A DNA stretch of 64,000 bases from NCBI GenBank assembly GCA_965219455.1, contig OZ244744.1, forward strand, positions 2,304,001 through 2,368,000, given 5' to 3'. Below the pieces are notes generated by a model. It was not told the DNA's origin. It did not search any database and was given only the letters and a program-made list of their open reading frames with translations. Both the position numbers and the translations under genes were made by a program. This document shows positions 18,461-28,676 of this stretch, piece by piece. The stretch comes from Candidatus Latescibacterota bacterium (lineage in GTDB: Bacteria; Latescibacterota; UBA2968; GCA-2709665). How positions within the stretch are numbered: the first letter of the stretch is position 1; every line of letters begins with the position of its first letter.

Positions 18461-19651
18461 CTATCCCATCCCACCACAGTACCGAACCGCCGTCATCGCA
18501 TATACCCGCGCCACCCGAACCAATTCGTCTACGGTCACCGACTCGGACAACGTATGCGCTCCCTTTGCATCCGGTCCGTGGGTCAGCGCCGGAATACCGG
18601 CAAGGGCCGCGTAAGTATTGCCATCGTCCACGAACGGCTTTCCTCCAACCGGCAGATCTCTACCCGAAACAGCCGCGTGTGCTACCTGAAACGCGTTGAC
18701 GATGGCGTCTTCGCGCGAGATCCTGAACGCGTCTCCCTGAACCTGGAACTCAACCGTCACCGACGTTCCGGACTCGAGCGCGAGTTCTTCGACCAGCGCG
18801 CGAAACTCCCGTTCGACGACTCCCGTGCGGCCGGGCGTGACCCATCGCCTCGTGCCCCGAACGCTGCACGCCACCGGCGCCTGATTGTAAATCTCGCCCG
18901 ACTCCATGCGCCCCACGAACACCGTATCGCACCCGGAATAGGGGTCGGAAGTCCTCACCAGCGTCCTATTCAGGTTCCGAAGGCGGCACACCAGTTCGGC
19001 GCCGGCTCCCAGTACATCGGGTGTATCCGGCGCCCGAAGAACCTCGTGCACCGGATCCCCTTCCCTGCACAGTGAAATCTCGAAAATGGCCATTCCCCGC
19101 CCGGCCAGAGGCAATCGATCCGCCAGATACTCCGGGAGCATCACAGCGTCGCCCACGCAGCCCGCCGCAATCAGCGCGCGCACCTGGCGCCGATCTCCCC
19201 AGGGACCTTCGTGATGGTCGTGCGCGGTGAGCAGAACACCCCCGCCAGCAAGTGCTCCGGTCTCGCGCAACGCCCGGAGCGCCTCGACCGCCGCCGCGAT
19301 TCCGCCCTTCATATCCGAGGCGCCGGAGCCGTACAGGACGCCTTCTTGCAACCTGGGCGGTACAAAGGGCAGATGCACCGTATCCAGATGGCCGTCGAAC
19401 TGCAAGGTACGTCCCGGCCGACCTGTTTCCAACCGGACCACAACCGCTGGCGCCTCTGGCCAGTCTGCGTCCGGTCGTTCCACCTCGAACCCATCGTCGG
19501 CCAGAATCTCCGCCAGACAATCCGCCACGGCGCCGGCGCTCCGCGTGGGGCTGGGCAACGCGATCAGCGACATCGCCGTTTCTACAAGCCGTTCCCGATT
19601 CACCGCGGATCGAATTTTGTCCAGCCGGCCCGCATCTGACGTGTCGTCCAT
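18461..19651 (-). CDS. M20/ArgE family metallopeptidase/deacylase
   Basis: DGHLDTV, GSGASDMKGG, C-terminal AHT..E. Confidence 0.88.
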   Translation of the reverse strand: MDDTSDAGRLDKIRSAVNRERLVETAMSLIALPSPTRSAGAVADCLAEILADDGFEVERPDADWPEAPAVVVRLETGRPGRTLQFDGHLDTVHLPFVPPRLQEGVLYGSGASDMKGGIAAAVEALRALRETGALAGGGVLLTAHDHHEGPWGDRRQVRALIAAGCVGDAVMLPEYLADRLPLAGRGMAIFEISLCREGDPVHEVLRAPDTPDVLGAGAELVCRLRNLNRTLVRTSDPYSGCDTVFVGRMESGEIYNQAPVACSVRGTRRWVTPGRTGVVEREFRALVEELALESGTSVTVEFQVQGDAFRISREDAIVNAFQVAHAAVSGRDLPVGGKPFVDDGNTYAALAGIPALTHGPDAKGAHTLSESVTVDELVRVARVYAMTAVRYCGGMG

Positions 19652-19905
19652 GAAACCCTCCGCGGCGCAACGCGTTTGCGACTCGAACTGCGTACGGAAA
19701 ACGGATATTCAGTGATGGAGAAAAGGGAAAGTGGTTGCGTAGTACGCTGCAAATGTAGTATAAATATACCTGGCCGGCGGCGTGTCGCCGGGAGGGCGAC
19801 GAACAATATAGATCAACTCCGGCGCACTTCAAGTACACAAACGAGTGCCGCCCGGGGGACCGGAGGTCGGCTTCACGTATCACCCATCTGAGGAGACAAG
19901 GCAAA

Positions 19906-21072
19906 ATGACGCAGGGCAGTCGTGTCGACCCCCTCGCGATTACGCTCGGGGTCGAAGAAGAGTTCTTCCTTATCGATCCGGGTACGCGCGATCTTCTACC
20001 GGATCCGGACCGCCGGATTTTCGAGGACTGCGAGAAAAACCGCGGTCCTCACAAGGTCGTGGCCGAGTTCCTCCGATCTCAGATAGAAACCACGACCAGA
20101 GTTTGCCAATCCGTAGCGGAGGTGCGCGAAGCCCTGGTAGAGACCCGACGCTTCGTCATCAATGCGGCGGTAGATCACGGGGCCGCGGTGCTGGCCGCGT
20201 CCATACATCCCTTTGCAGCCTGGCACAACCAGGTCGTGACCGCCGGACGCCGATACGAGCAATTCGCAATGACCTATCAACAGGCGGTTCGGCAACTTCT
20301 CGTCGGCGGGATGCACATCCATGCGGGATTCGGCGACCCGGACAGCCGCGTGAGGGTGATGACGGCACTGCGGCAGCACCTTCCGTTGCTCCATGCGCTT
20401 TCGGCCTCATCCCCGTTCAGCAGCGGTCGGGAAACGGGTTTCAAGTCCTACAGGATCATCCTCTTCAGCAGTATGCCGCGCACGGGCCTTCCCGGTCCGC
20501 TGCGCAACTGGGATGAATTCGACCGCCTGGTGGCCGACTACCAGCGTATGCAATTCATACAGGACAGCACCGAACTGTGGTGGCACATCCGTCCATCGCT
20601 CGCCTATCCGACGGTGGAATTGCGCATCTGCGACATCTGCCACACCATAGACGAAGCGATTTGCGTCGTGGCTCTCTATGCTTCGCTGGTGCGGCGCCTG
20701 CTGCGCCAGGATATGGAGGGCAGGCTTCCGCCGGAACCGCCCACCGAGTTGATCGCCGAGAACTGCTGGCTCGCGCAGCGATACGGCGTCCTCGCCTTCC
20801 TGGGCAATACCGGCGGAGAAGGACGCATGGATATCGACGAACTCGCGCACTCGCTTGTGGAAGAACTTGCCGACGATGCACGGGCCCTGGGTTGCGAGGC
20901 GGAACTGCGCCATGCCCTGGACGTTATACGATACGGTACCGGCGCGGACCGGCAGATCGATCATTTCCGCTTACGCCGCCTGGAAGGCGATTCGGAACCG
21001 GAAGCCTTGCGGGAGGTGGTGGACTTGGTGGTCGAGGACACCCGGCGCGGGGTCGACGGGCTGTCCGGGTGA
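19906..21072 (+). CDS. Carboxylate-amine ligase, YbdK/GCS2 family
   Basis: TLGVEEE, GMHIH, SASSPF, WWHIRP, TVELRICD. Confidence 0.92.
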   Translation: MTQGSRVDPLAITLGVEEEFFLIDPGTRDLLPDPDRRIFEDCEKNRGPHKVVAEFLRSQIETTTRVCQSVAEVREALVETRRFVINAAVDHGAAVLAASIHPFAAWHNQVVTAGRRYEQFAMTYQQAVRQLLVGGMHIHAGFGDPDSRVRVMTALRQHLPLLHALSASSPFSSGRETGFKSYRIILFSSMPRTGLPGPLRNWDEFDRLVADYQRMQFIQDSTELWWHIRPSLAYPTVELRICDICHTIDEAICVVALYASLVRRLLRQDMEGRLPPEPPTELIAENCWLAQRYGVLAFLGNTGGEGRMDIDELAHSLVEELADDARALGCEAELRHALDVIRYGTGADRQIDHFRLRRLEGDSEPEALREVVDLVVEDTRRGVDGLSG

Positions 21073-21152
21073 TTGGGGCCGGACCAGCCAACGTATCCGA
21101 TCGCTCCGGGATAGTGTTCTACGACACAGGATACAGGAGGATCGCAGCAAAC

Positions 21153-22235
21153 GTGACGAACTGTGCCACATTAACACTGAGAACGGGCGAGCCGCTCGTC
21201 ATCAGCGAGATCGAGCCGCCCCTCGGACGCTATGCCGGCAACGTGGGATGCTGGTGGGATGCGGTGGACGAGGATCTTCTCGCCGGCGCCCTTGCGCCCT
21301 GGCTTCATTGCCCTTACTACATCGGCGAGATAGACGGGGAAGTTGCCGGGTACATGACCTGCCTTACATCGGTGCGGAATCCCGAGGTAGGCCTCCTGGA
21401 GTTCGTGAGCACCGCGAACGAACACCGGCGCAAAGGCGTGGGAACGGCGCTGCTGCGGCAACTGATCGCCCGCTTCGAAGCCAACGGCGGACTGGCCCTG
21501 TACCTGTGCACCACGAATCCGGTGGCCGGGCAGCTGTACGAAAACTGCGGGTTCGACTACGCCGTCGGCGACGGTATGCGGTACCTCTCGGCCACGGCAG
21601 GTGACTTCGATGCCCGGTATCTGGCGCGCGAGGGCGAGGCGATTGCGCGTGAGGCCCACTGGGGAGACCTGCCGGGCGCCACTGTCCTCTTCTGCCACCC
21701 GCAGCCGGCGTGGGAGATCAAGGAATACCTGAGCCAGTGTTTCCGCGACACCCGTTTCGAGGGCCATTACGTGAAGCTGATGCGCCGCGTCGAGGAGGAC
21801 CGCGGCGTCATCATGGTGCTGGAGAACCGGCGGCAACGGGTGGTGGGCTGTGCCATCGTCGAACGCCTGCCCACGTTTCAACAGCAGCACGTCGCACAGT
21901 TGAGCTTCCGTGTCGCCCCGGAATACAACGACCAGACCGTCGCGTTGCTCGACGCCGCCGCCGCCCGCGCTCACGCAATCGGCATTTCGGTTCTGCAGAC
22001 GTACGTCTCGGACGGAGACCAGGACGCCGGAAGGAGGCTGGCGGAGGCCGGGTTCGAATGCGAGGCGGTCCTGCCCCGTCGCCTGCGAACCGGCGGCGGG
22101 CTGACCGGGGTCGCCGTGTACGGCAGGTATCTCGGCAACGCCAGTCCGTGGCGTCCCCTGAAGGCGTATTACGGAGAGAGGAAACCCTGGCAGGAACAAA
22201 GGGTCCGCGCCAGGGAGAGAGACGGAACTTCATAA
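21153..22235 (+). CDS. Tandem GNAT-domain acetyltransferase
   Basis: VSTANEHRRKGVG acetyl-CoA motif, LYENCGF; second GNAT-like half ending LAEAGF. GTG 21153 with AGGAGG upstream. Confidence 0.75.
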   Translation: MTNCATLTLRTGEPLVISEIEPPLGRYAGNVGCWWDAVDEDLLAGALAPWLHCPYYIGEIDGEVAGYMTCLTSVRNPEVGLLEFVSTANEHRRKGVGTALLRQLIARFEANGGLALYLCTTNPVAGQLYENCGFDYAVGDGMRYLSATAGDFDARYLAREGEAIAREAHWGDLPGATVLFCHPQPAWEIKEYLSQCFRDTRFEGHYVKLMRRVEEDRGVIMVLENRRQRVVGCAIVERLPTFQQQHVAQLSFRVAPEYNDQTVALLDAAAARAHAIGISVLQTYVSDGDQDAGRRLAEAGFECEAVLPRRLRTGGGLTGVAVYGRYLGNASPWRPLKAYYGERKPWQEQRVRARERDGTS

Positions 22236-22303
22236 TTCAGCCGATTCCGCCGGACGCTCACGTGGGCCGGCGGCGTGATGCAGAATGAGAAAGGTAAAAG
22301 GAA

Positions 22304-23116
22304 TTGTCTTACCAGGAAGTGATAACCCAACTCAAGGCGCAGGTCCAGCATATCGCCCACCAGCTCACCGATGCCGCGCCCCGGATCGCCGGCGCCCTGG
22401 CCCTGGCGTTACTGGGTCTGGCGCTGGCTTTCCTGATCCGCGCCCTGAGCCGCAGGTTGATCGCCCGGCTGGACCGGTTGGTTCCGCGCCTCAGGCTGCA
22501 CAGAGGGCGAGGGGCGGAATTCCGGACCGCCGCCGGCTGGGCCGTCGGCCGTGTGCTCTTCTGGCTGGTTCTGCTCTTTTTTCTTACCGTGGCCACCGAA
22601 ATACTGGGGCTGCCGGTGGTGTCCGTATGGCTCAACGGCATCGTCGTCTATCTGCCGCGGTTCCTCGCGGCCGTCCTGATCCTGTTCGCCGGCCTGGTGG
22701 GCGGTCAGTTTCTCAGGGATGTCATCATGTCCACGGGGATTGCCTACGCGACGGCACTGGCGCGCCTGGGTCAGATGTCGGTGGTGGTCGCGAGTACCCT
22801 GATCGCCGTGAACCAGGCGGGTCTGAACGTCGACCTGCTGACCAGCGGACTGCTTCTGGTCTTCGGTATCGGCCTTCTGGGCAGCACCCTGACCTTTGCT
22901 CTGGGCGCCCGTACCACCGTGGCCAATATACTGGCCTCGTACTACCTGCAGAAAACCTACAGGGTGGGTCACCGGGTCCGCGTTGGGAACTACCAGGGAG
23001 AGATCGTCCAGATCACCGCCACCGTTGTTGTTCTGGATGCCGAGCAGGGGCGAATCTCGGTGCCCGCGTCGGTCTTTGCCGAACAGGCGTCGATACTGCT
23101 CGTAGAAAGGAATTGA
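22304..23116 (+). CDS. Small mechanosensitive channel (MscS/CmpX-like)
   Basis: Multiple TM helices, YLPRFLAA, FALGAR..VANIL, GHRVRVG..QGEI. Confidence 0.82.
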   Translation: MSYQEVITQLKAQVQHIAHQLTDAAPRIAGALALALLGLALAFLIRALSRRLIARLDRLVPRLRLHRGRGAEFRTAAGWAVGRVLFWLVLLFFLTVATEILGLPVVSVWLNGIVVYLPRFLAAVLILFAGLVGGQFLRDVIMSTGIAYATALARLGQMSVVVASTLIAVNQAGLNVDLLTSGLLLVFGIGLLGSTLTFALGARTTVANILASYYLQKTYRVGHRVRVGNYQGEIVQITATVVVLDAEQGRISVPASVFAEQASILLVERN

Positions 23117-23120
23117 AACG

Positions 23121-23969
23121 ATGGACAGGGCATCGAATCTGATCGATCGCTTTGTACGCGGCCACGCCGCGGAAGCTGCCCGCGTGTTGGAAAATTGCTC
23201 GCTGGACGATCTGGTGCCCTTCTTCTCCCGGACCCCGCCCGAACTGGCTACCGCCCTTTTCAACACCATGGAATCGAGCACTGCCGTGGCCTGTCTGGAA
23301 CGTCTGCCTGCCGCGAATGCCGCGAGCGCCCTGGGTGGGTTGTCGGCGGATCGCGCCGCCCACCTCGTTCGCCGGCTGAAGTCGGAGACGAGAGCGGCGA
23401 TCCTGAACGCGTTGCCCGATGATCTCACCAGGCACCTGAATCGCCTGTTGCGTTACCGCGAGGAAACGGCCGGAGCATTGATGGAGTCGCTGGTCTTCAC
23501 CGTCCCACCCGAAATTTCCGCCGGGGAGGCGCTGGCCAGATTACAGGCCAATCAGGCCCGCGTCCTGTATTACGTGTACGTAGTGAAGCGCGATCAGACA
23601 CTGGCCGGCGTTCTCAGTCTCCGGGAACTGCTGGCTGCCGATGACGGAATATCCGTAGCCGCGCTCATGCGTCAGGACGTGATGTTTCTGCGAACGGACG
23701 ATTCGCTGGTCTCGGCGCTCGTCCATCCCTCGTGGATGGATTTCCACGCCCTGCCCGTACTCGACGAACAGGATCTGTTCGCCGGGGCGCTACGCCACAA
23801 GAGCCTCCGTCAACTGGCGGGGGGCACGGACCGACTGGTACAGCCCGGGCAGGCAGGGTCGGCGCTGGGAGAGTTATATCGCATCGGGCTATCGTCTCTG
23901 GCGAAAAGCGTCCTTGGGTCGGACAATCTCCAACCGCCCAATGCCGGTCATCCCGGTCGCCAGCTTTGA
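23121..23969 (+). CDS. MgtE intracellular N-domain plus CBS pair protein (no TM domain)
   Basis: Helical repeats, Y.EETAGALM, YYVYVV, GVLSLRELL, ALPVLD. Confidence 0.8.
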   Translation: MDRASNLIDRFVRGHAAEAARVLENCSLDDLVPFFSRTPPELATALFNTMESSTAVACLERLPAANAASALGGLSADRAAHLVRRLKSETRAAILNALPDDLTRHLNRLLRYREETAGALMESLVFTVPPEISAGEALARLQANQARVLYYVYVVKRDQTLAGVLSLRELLAADDGISVAALMRQDVMFLRTDDSLVSALVHPSWMDFHALPVLDEQDLFAGALRHKSLRQLAGGTDRLVQPGQAGSALGELYRIGLSSLAKSVLGSDNLQPPNAGHPGRQL

Positions 23970-24073
23970 TTGCATAAACGAACCGCAAGTGCCGTCACTG
24001 GGATTCCCGTTGACCGGTCACCGGTACAGTGGGGACCGTAGCAGGTGAGTACTCATCCGGCAAGGAGTCAGGA

Positions 24074-25393
24074 ATGACTGAAAACACGAAGGCCTCGCAG
24101 GCCCTGATCCGGGCCTTTTTTCGGCTCCATCCGGGTGAGGCCGCCCGTGCGCTGGCCCAGACCCCCGTGCCCGAGGCGCTTGAACTGCTTGAAGCCCAGG
24201 CCGGCGACCGGGGCGCGCAGGTCTTTGAGCGGCTGGATCCGGATCGGGCGGTCTTGCTTGTCGAGAACATGGAAGGGGCCCTGTTCCGGCGACTATGGGC
24301 GGCTATGGACGAAGGCGTCGCGGCCTCGCTCCTCGCCCGGCTGTCGCCGGATAGCCGCTCCGAGCGCCTGGACGCCCTGCCCGCCGGACTGGCTGCTGAA
24401 ATGAAGGAACTGATGAGCTATCCGGCCGGATCGGCCGGTCAGATCATGGATGGCTCGGTGACCGTTTTCAGCGCCGAGGAAACCGCGGAGGACGCGCTCA
24501 CCCGCATCCGCTCGTTTCCGGAACGGCGCCTCCTCGAACTGTGCGTCGTGGACGATGACGGGAAGCTGACCGCGGTACTTCCGTTACAGGAGGTCGCCGT
24601 GGCACAGCCCGGAGACCGCCTTGGACAACTGGCGCAGGACCCACCCGTGTGCGTGCAGGCCATGTCATCGAGAGAAGAAGTGGTAGCGCTTCTTGAAGCC
24701 CACAAATTGGCCTCGCTGCCCGTTATCGGTGGCGTCGAGGGCCGGCTTTGCGGAATCATCCGCCATGATGCCCTGGTGGTGGCCGCCAGGCATGAGGCAA
24801 GCGGGAATGTGCAGACCATGGTTGGCGCCGGCAGGGAGGAACGCGCCCTTTCGGGTCCCGTGCTGGCCGTGCGCAACCGGCTGCCCTGGCTACAGGTCAA
24901 TCTGGCCACCGCTTTTCTGGCGGCCGCGGCTGTCGCCCTGTTCGAAGACACCATCGCCAGGTTCACCGCCCTGGCCATATTTCTGCCCGTGGTCGCCGGA
25001 CAGGCGGGCAATACCGGCGCCCAGGCCCTGGCCGTCACGTCCCGCGGCCTGGCCCTGCGCGAGTTCAGGCCGCGACGCTGGTTTCGCGTTGCCCGCAAGG
25101 AACTGCTGGCGGGATTTGTCAACGGGCTGGCCGTGGCGCTGATCGCGTCTCTGGCGGCGTACCTGTGGTCCGGAACGATTGGTCTTCCCCTTGTACTGGC
25201 CGTATCCATGGTGTTTTCCATGTCCATGGCCAGTCTCACAGGGGCGCTCATTCCAATTGTTCTCACGACTTTGGGCAAGGATCCCGCCCAGTCGGCGTCA
25301 ATTTTCCTGACCACCGTAACCGACGTCGTCGGGTTCATCAGTTTTCTGGGGTTGGCCACCCTGGTGGCCGGATCTTTCGGCCTGGCCCTCTAG
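24074..25393 (+). CDS. mgtE: Magnesium transporter
   Basis: CBS pair, RLPWL, GQAGNTGAQ, DPAQSA...TTVTDVVG. Confidence 0.92.
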   Translation: MTENTKASQALIRAFFRLHPGEAARALAQTPVPEALELLEAQAGDRGAQVFERLDPDRAVLLVENMEGALFRRLWAAMDEGVAASLLARLSPDSRSERLDALPAGLAAEMKELMSYPAGSAGQIMDGSVTVFSAEETAEDALTRIRSFPERRLLELCVVDDDGKLTAVLPLQEVAVAQPGDRLGQLAQDPPVCVQAMSSREEVVALLEAHKLASLPVIGGVEGRLCGIIRHDALVVAARHEASGNVQTMVGAGREERALSGPVLAVRNRLPWLQVNLATAFLAAAAVALFEDTIARFTALAIFLPVVAGQAGNTGAQALAVTSRGLALREFRPRRWFRVARKELLAGFVNGLAVALIASLAAYLWSGTIGLPLVLAVSMVFSMSMASLTGALIPIVLTTLGKDPAQSASIFLTTVTDVVGFISFLGLATLVAGSFGLAL

Positions 25394-25553
25394 CAGCCCG
25401 TTGAAAAAGTCCATCCGGGCTACGTCCGGCCCTTGTGGCCGAATTACTGCGTTGCACTCCCTTTCCGAATCCCCCGATTCGACGCGGTCGCGCGCCTTGT
25501 CTTCGGCCACAATGATTCGGCCTCGCCTGCAGAGCGACTTTATCAACGGACTG
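25394..25553. mobile_element. 160-bp MITE-like element
   Basis: Terminal inverted repeats CAGCCCGTTGAAAAAGTC / GACTTTATCAACGGACTG; flanks CTAG and ATAG. Confidence 0.65.
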
Positions 25554-25578
25554 ATAGCAGCGTACCACGGGAGATCCG

Positions 25579-26355
25579 TTAATTCCCACCCACCGTGCCT
25601 GACTTTGTCATCCTGATCAATTCGATGATATCGTCGGTTATATCCATCACGTGGACGCCAGCCGGAACGACAAACTCGAACTGATTGTCGTCCACCTTGG
25701 GATTTATTTTCAACGATTCAAATTGCCGCGAAAGCAGTTCCCTGCCCTCAGCGTTATAGTACCTCACCTCCCGCAGCAGGCCATCCTCCGGGTGAACCGA
25801 GAAACGAACCTTGGCAGGCGGCTCCGGGAGGTCGGCATAAAGCAGCGAAACCTCCGGCACCGCTTCAAACACTCGAAGGATCTCACCCTTCAACGTGTCC
25901 GTCTCCGAATAACGGATCGACTTCCATTGAAGCGCGCGGAAGGGACGCGTGGGATTCGGCTGGTCCGCGTCTGCCTCTACCTGCGTCGCCCGATAAACCC
26001 TTGACTTGTTGATTCGGTAGACGATCTTCTCCTCGGGGTCGTAACGCCACAACAGGCTGCCATCCGACACAATCGTCTGATGGATCCGGCCGGCAAGCAC
26101 ACGCGCCACGTGCATCCTGGCCGGCGCATGTATGGTGATATCGTCCAGAATCTCATATTGCTCGCCTTCCACCGTCAACAGGGTTCTGACTCGGGTTTCG
26201 CAGGTCTTGACCGGCTTCAGCTTTTCCTGAATTGCGACCATCAGACCATCGGTCTTGGAATCGCCGGTTGACATCTTGTCCGCGCTCGCCCGCCCTCCAA
26301 TTGCCACTGTGCACAGCGCAAAGCAAACCGTCAGCGTCGTCCGAACCGTAAACAT
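25579..26355 (-). CDS. LolA-like outer-membrane lipoprotein carrier/sorting protein
   Basis: Signal peptide, IVSDGSLLWRYDP, C-terminal INPKVDDNQFEFVVPAG. Confidence 0.78.
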   Translation of the reverse strand: MFTVRTTLTVCFALCTVAIGGRASADKMSTGDSKTDGLMVAIQEKLKPVKTCETRVRTLLTVEGEQYEILDDITIHAPARMHVARVLAGRIHQTIVSDGSLLWRYDPEEKIVYRINKSRVYRATQVEADADQPNPTRPFRALQWKSIRYSETDTLKGEILRVFEAVPEVSLLYADLPEPPAKVRFSVHPEDGLLREVRYYNAEGRELLSRQFESLKINPKVDDNQFEFVVPAGVHVMDITDDIIELIRMTKSGTVGGN

Positions 26356-26503
26356 GCCGGACCTCCTTTCATGGGCGACAGGTTGAAAACACCTGCTTCA
26401 CAGAAACCGGATTCCCTCTCCACGCCGAACTTCCCGCCGGACCGTAAATCCATCGTGATTGCACCGCAGACGCCCCGCCCTCACGTCCATCGTCGTATGC
26501 CCA

Positions 26504-27244
26504 TTACAATTTACGGAAGATCACTCCCACGACCAACCCCGCGGCCAGCGCCACGACAACCGAGACAACGCCGTATAGACCCCCATGCTGGAAGGCGACG
26601 TCGGAAAGTACCCGGACGAGCCCTGTTTTCTCAACAGAAAACGTCCGAACGGTCTCCGAAACCGGACGGAGTTCGTTGAAACAGTATAGTGTAACGCGAT
26701 AGGCGCCGGGTCGAACGGTGGCCGGAATCCGGAAATCCGCTCGAAAATCGGCGAACGCGCCGTCTCCATCCGACAACGCAATCGATCCGGGCCGCACCGC
26801 GTAAAATCCACGCCGGGTTTCCAGGCGCAGGAACTCGTTGAACACGAAGCCGTCATCACCGGGAGGCGACTGTTCAATGGCGACGCTCCGCCGAAGCGCT
26901 TCAAACCCCTCCCCGACGGTTTCCAGCTGCAGCCCGACGTCCGGCGAATCGCTGGAGGAAGCAACCAGATACAGACCGGGGAGCGAGTCGAATACAACGC
27001 GGCCCGTACTTATCCATAGAGGACCGCGTCTGTCCCTTCTGCGATACGAAACGGCGCGCCGTTTCCCTTCCAGTTTCAAAACGACCCGGCAATCTTTCGG
27101 AACCCTCCCGGTCGCGACAAACCTTGCGCCCCGGAAAAAGAGGTCGACCTCAATGCGTGAAGGAAGTAGCTGGAGCGAGGGTTCCGCCGCGCAGGGCACG
27201 GACAGAAACGTCATGAAAATCCCGGCCCAGACCCGACAGGTCAT
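26504..27244 (-). CDS. TIGR02186-like membrane protein (TauE partner)
   Basis: ATG overlaps the TauE stop; FF.GA, GPLWI, P.G.Y, VEKTG, C-terminal YG...ALAAG TM helix. Confidence 0.75.
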   Translation of the reverse strand: MTCRVWAGIFMTFLSVPCAAEPSLQLLPSRIEVDLFFRGARFVATGRVPKDCRVVLKLEGKRRAVSYRRRDRRGPLWISTGRVVFDSLPGLYLVASSSDSPDVGLQLETVGEGFEALRRSVAIEQSPPGDDGFVFNEFLRLETRRGFYAVRPGSIALSDGDGAFADFRADFRIPATVRPGAYRVTLYCFNELRPVSETVRTFSVEKTGLVRVLSDVAFQHGGLYGVVSVVVALAAGLVVGVIFRKL

Positions 27245-28233
27245 CCGCGCCCTCCCCAGTCGGTAAGCAGAATCGCCGGCTCCAACAGAAGATCCGCCAG
27301 CATTTTTCCCATCACCAGGAGCACAATCGCCGCCAGAAGCATCTTGAACTGCTGCGCCCCTAACCGCCTGCCAATCCGTACGCCCGCCTGGGTACCCAAC
27401 GTTGACCCCAAAAGCAGCATCAACGCCAGCACAAAATCCACGGTATGATTGGTATAGGCATGCATCAGGGTCACGTTGATGCATGTAAACATCACCTGCA
27501 ACAGGCTGGTTCCCACCACCACGGGCATGGGCATTTTAAGCACGTACAGCATGGTCGGCACCATGATAAACCCGCCGCCCACCCCCATAATCGCCGCCAG
27601 CATACCCACCAGGACTCCCAACCCCAGCGGAACCAGCAACGACATGGTCATGCCGGCCGTCTCGAACCGTATTTTCCACGGCAGCGCCCGGTTGAGCCCG
27701 ACGACCCAGGACGCCACCCGGGCCATCCTGTTCACCCATGCCAGCGGGCGTTTCGCCCAGGTGATTCGCAATTCCTCCCTGGACCGGTCCGCGGCCTTCA
27801 CCGTCTCTCCGTTACGCCGACTCAGCAGAACCTCCACAAACATAAAGCCACCCACGGACGCCAGCATGAGCACGTAGCTTACATGTATGGCAAGGTCCGC
27901 GCTGCCGGCGGCCCGCAGCACCTTGATAAGCTGCACACCGGCTGTACCACCCGAGAACCCACCCAGAATCAGAAAAAAGGCCATACGCAGGTCGACGTTT
28001 TTCAGCCGCCAGTGGGCGTATACGCCGGATGCGGACGCGGCCACGATCTGATTGGCGTCGGATGCCGCGGCAATCGTGGGCGGAATCCCGATCATGATTA
28101 ACAGCGGTGTTAACAGAAACCCGCCACCCACGCCGAAAAGACCGGAAAGCAAGCCCACGCCGGCGCCCAGCGTCAACAAGACCCATAGGTTGACGCTCGT
28201 GCCCGCAATAGGCAGATACAGAGAAAGATCCAC
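27241..28233 (-). CDS. Sulfite exporter TauE/SafE family permease
   Basis: YLPIAG, SGLFGVGGGFLLTP, MGVGGGFIMVP, VVGTSL. Confidence 0.92.
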   Translation of the reverse strand: MDLSLYLPIAGTSVNLWVLLTLGAGVGLLSGLFGVGGGFLLTPLLIMIGIPPTIAAASDANQIVAASASGVYAHWRLKNVDLRMAFFLILGGFSGGTAGVQLIKVLRAAGSADLAIHVSYVLMLASVGGFMFVEVLLSRRNGETVKAADRSREELRITWAKRPLAWVNRMARVASWVVGLNRALPWKIRFETAGMTMSLLVPLGLGVLVGMLAAIMGVGGGFIMVPTMLYVLKMPMPVVVGTSLLQVMFTCINVTLMHAYTNHTVDFVLALMLLLGSTLGTQAGVRIGRRLGAQQFKMLLAAIVLLVMGKMLADLLLEPAILLTDWGGRG

Positions 28234-28676
28234 ACCGACCTCCTGAAATCCGCGCGTCGACCAGCGAAAACGCGACAGGTCTCATAATCTCCCACGCGGT
28301 GTGAAAAGTCAAGCGGAAACACCGGGTTCAACGTCCGCCCGAGAGACAGGGAACCTCGCCTTTACGGGGCGCAACTGGGGCGCGGAGGGCTGTCGTCGCC
28401 AATTCGCGTTTCTCCGGGCCGTCCCATTTTCACTTTCAAATTCAACCTTGTCGCCTTAGATTTCGATCCACGTGCCCTACAATGCGATCCGCCGAATTGC
28501 TCAGGGATCCGATGCCGAAACGCGTATGCCGTCTACCACAAATTCCAGTAACCGGCGGCCGGCATCCATCGGACGTTTCGGCCCGGCTACGGGAAACGAA
28601 AAGGCCGGGTACGGATTTTCCTCTTACCGGGGGTCATTCCACCCCACCTGACACTACATCGTAGAGGAGCGGATTT

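Noticed and set aside
20577-21152. N-terminal 192 codons of the 552-aa ORF
   Set aside because: Overlaps the YbdK gene out of frame; the real GNAT start is most likely GTG 21153 with an RBS.
28240-28676. TPP riboswitch upstream of the ThDP enzyme
   Set aside because: No GCTGAGA or CCTGA...GGGA conserved core found.
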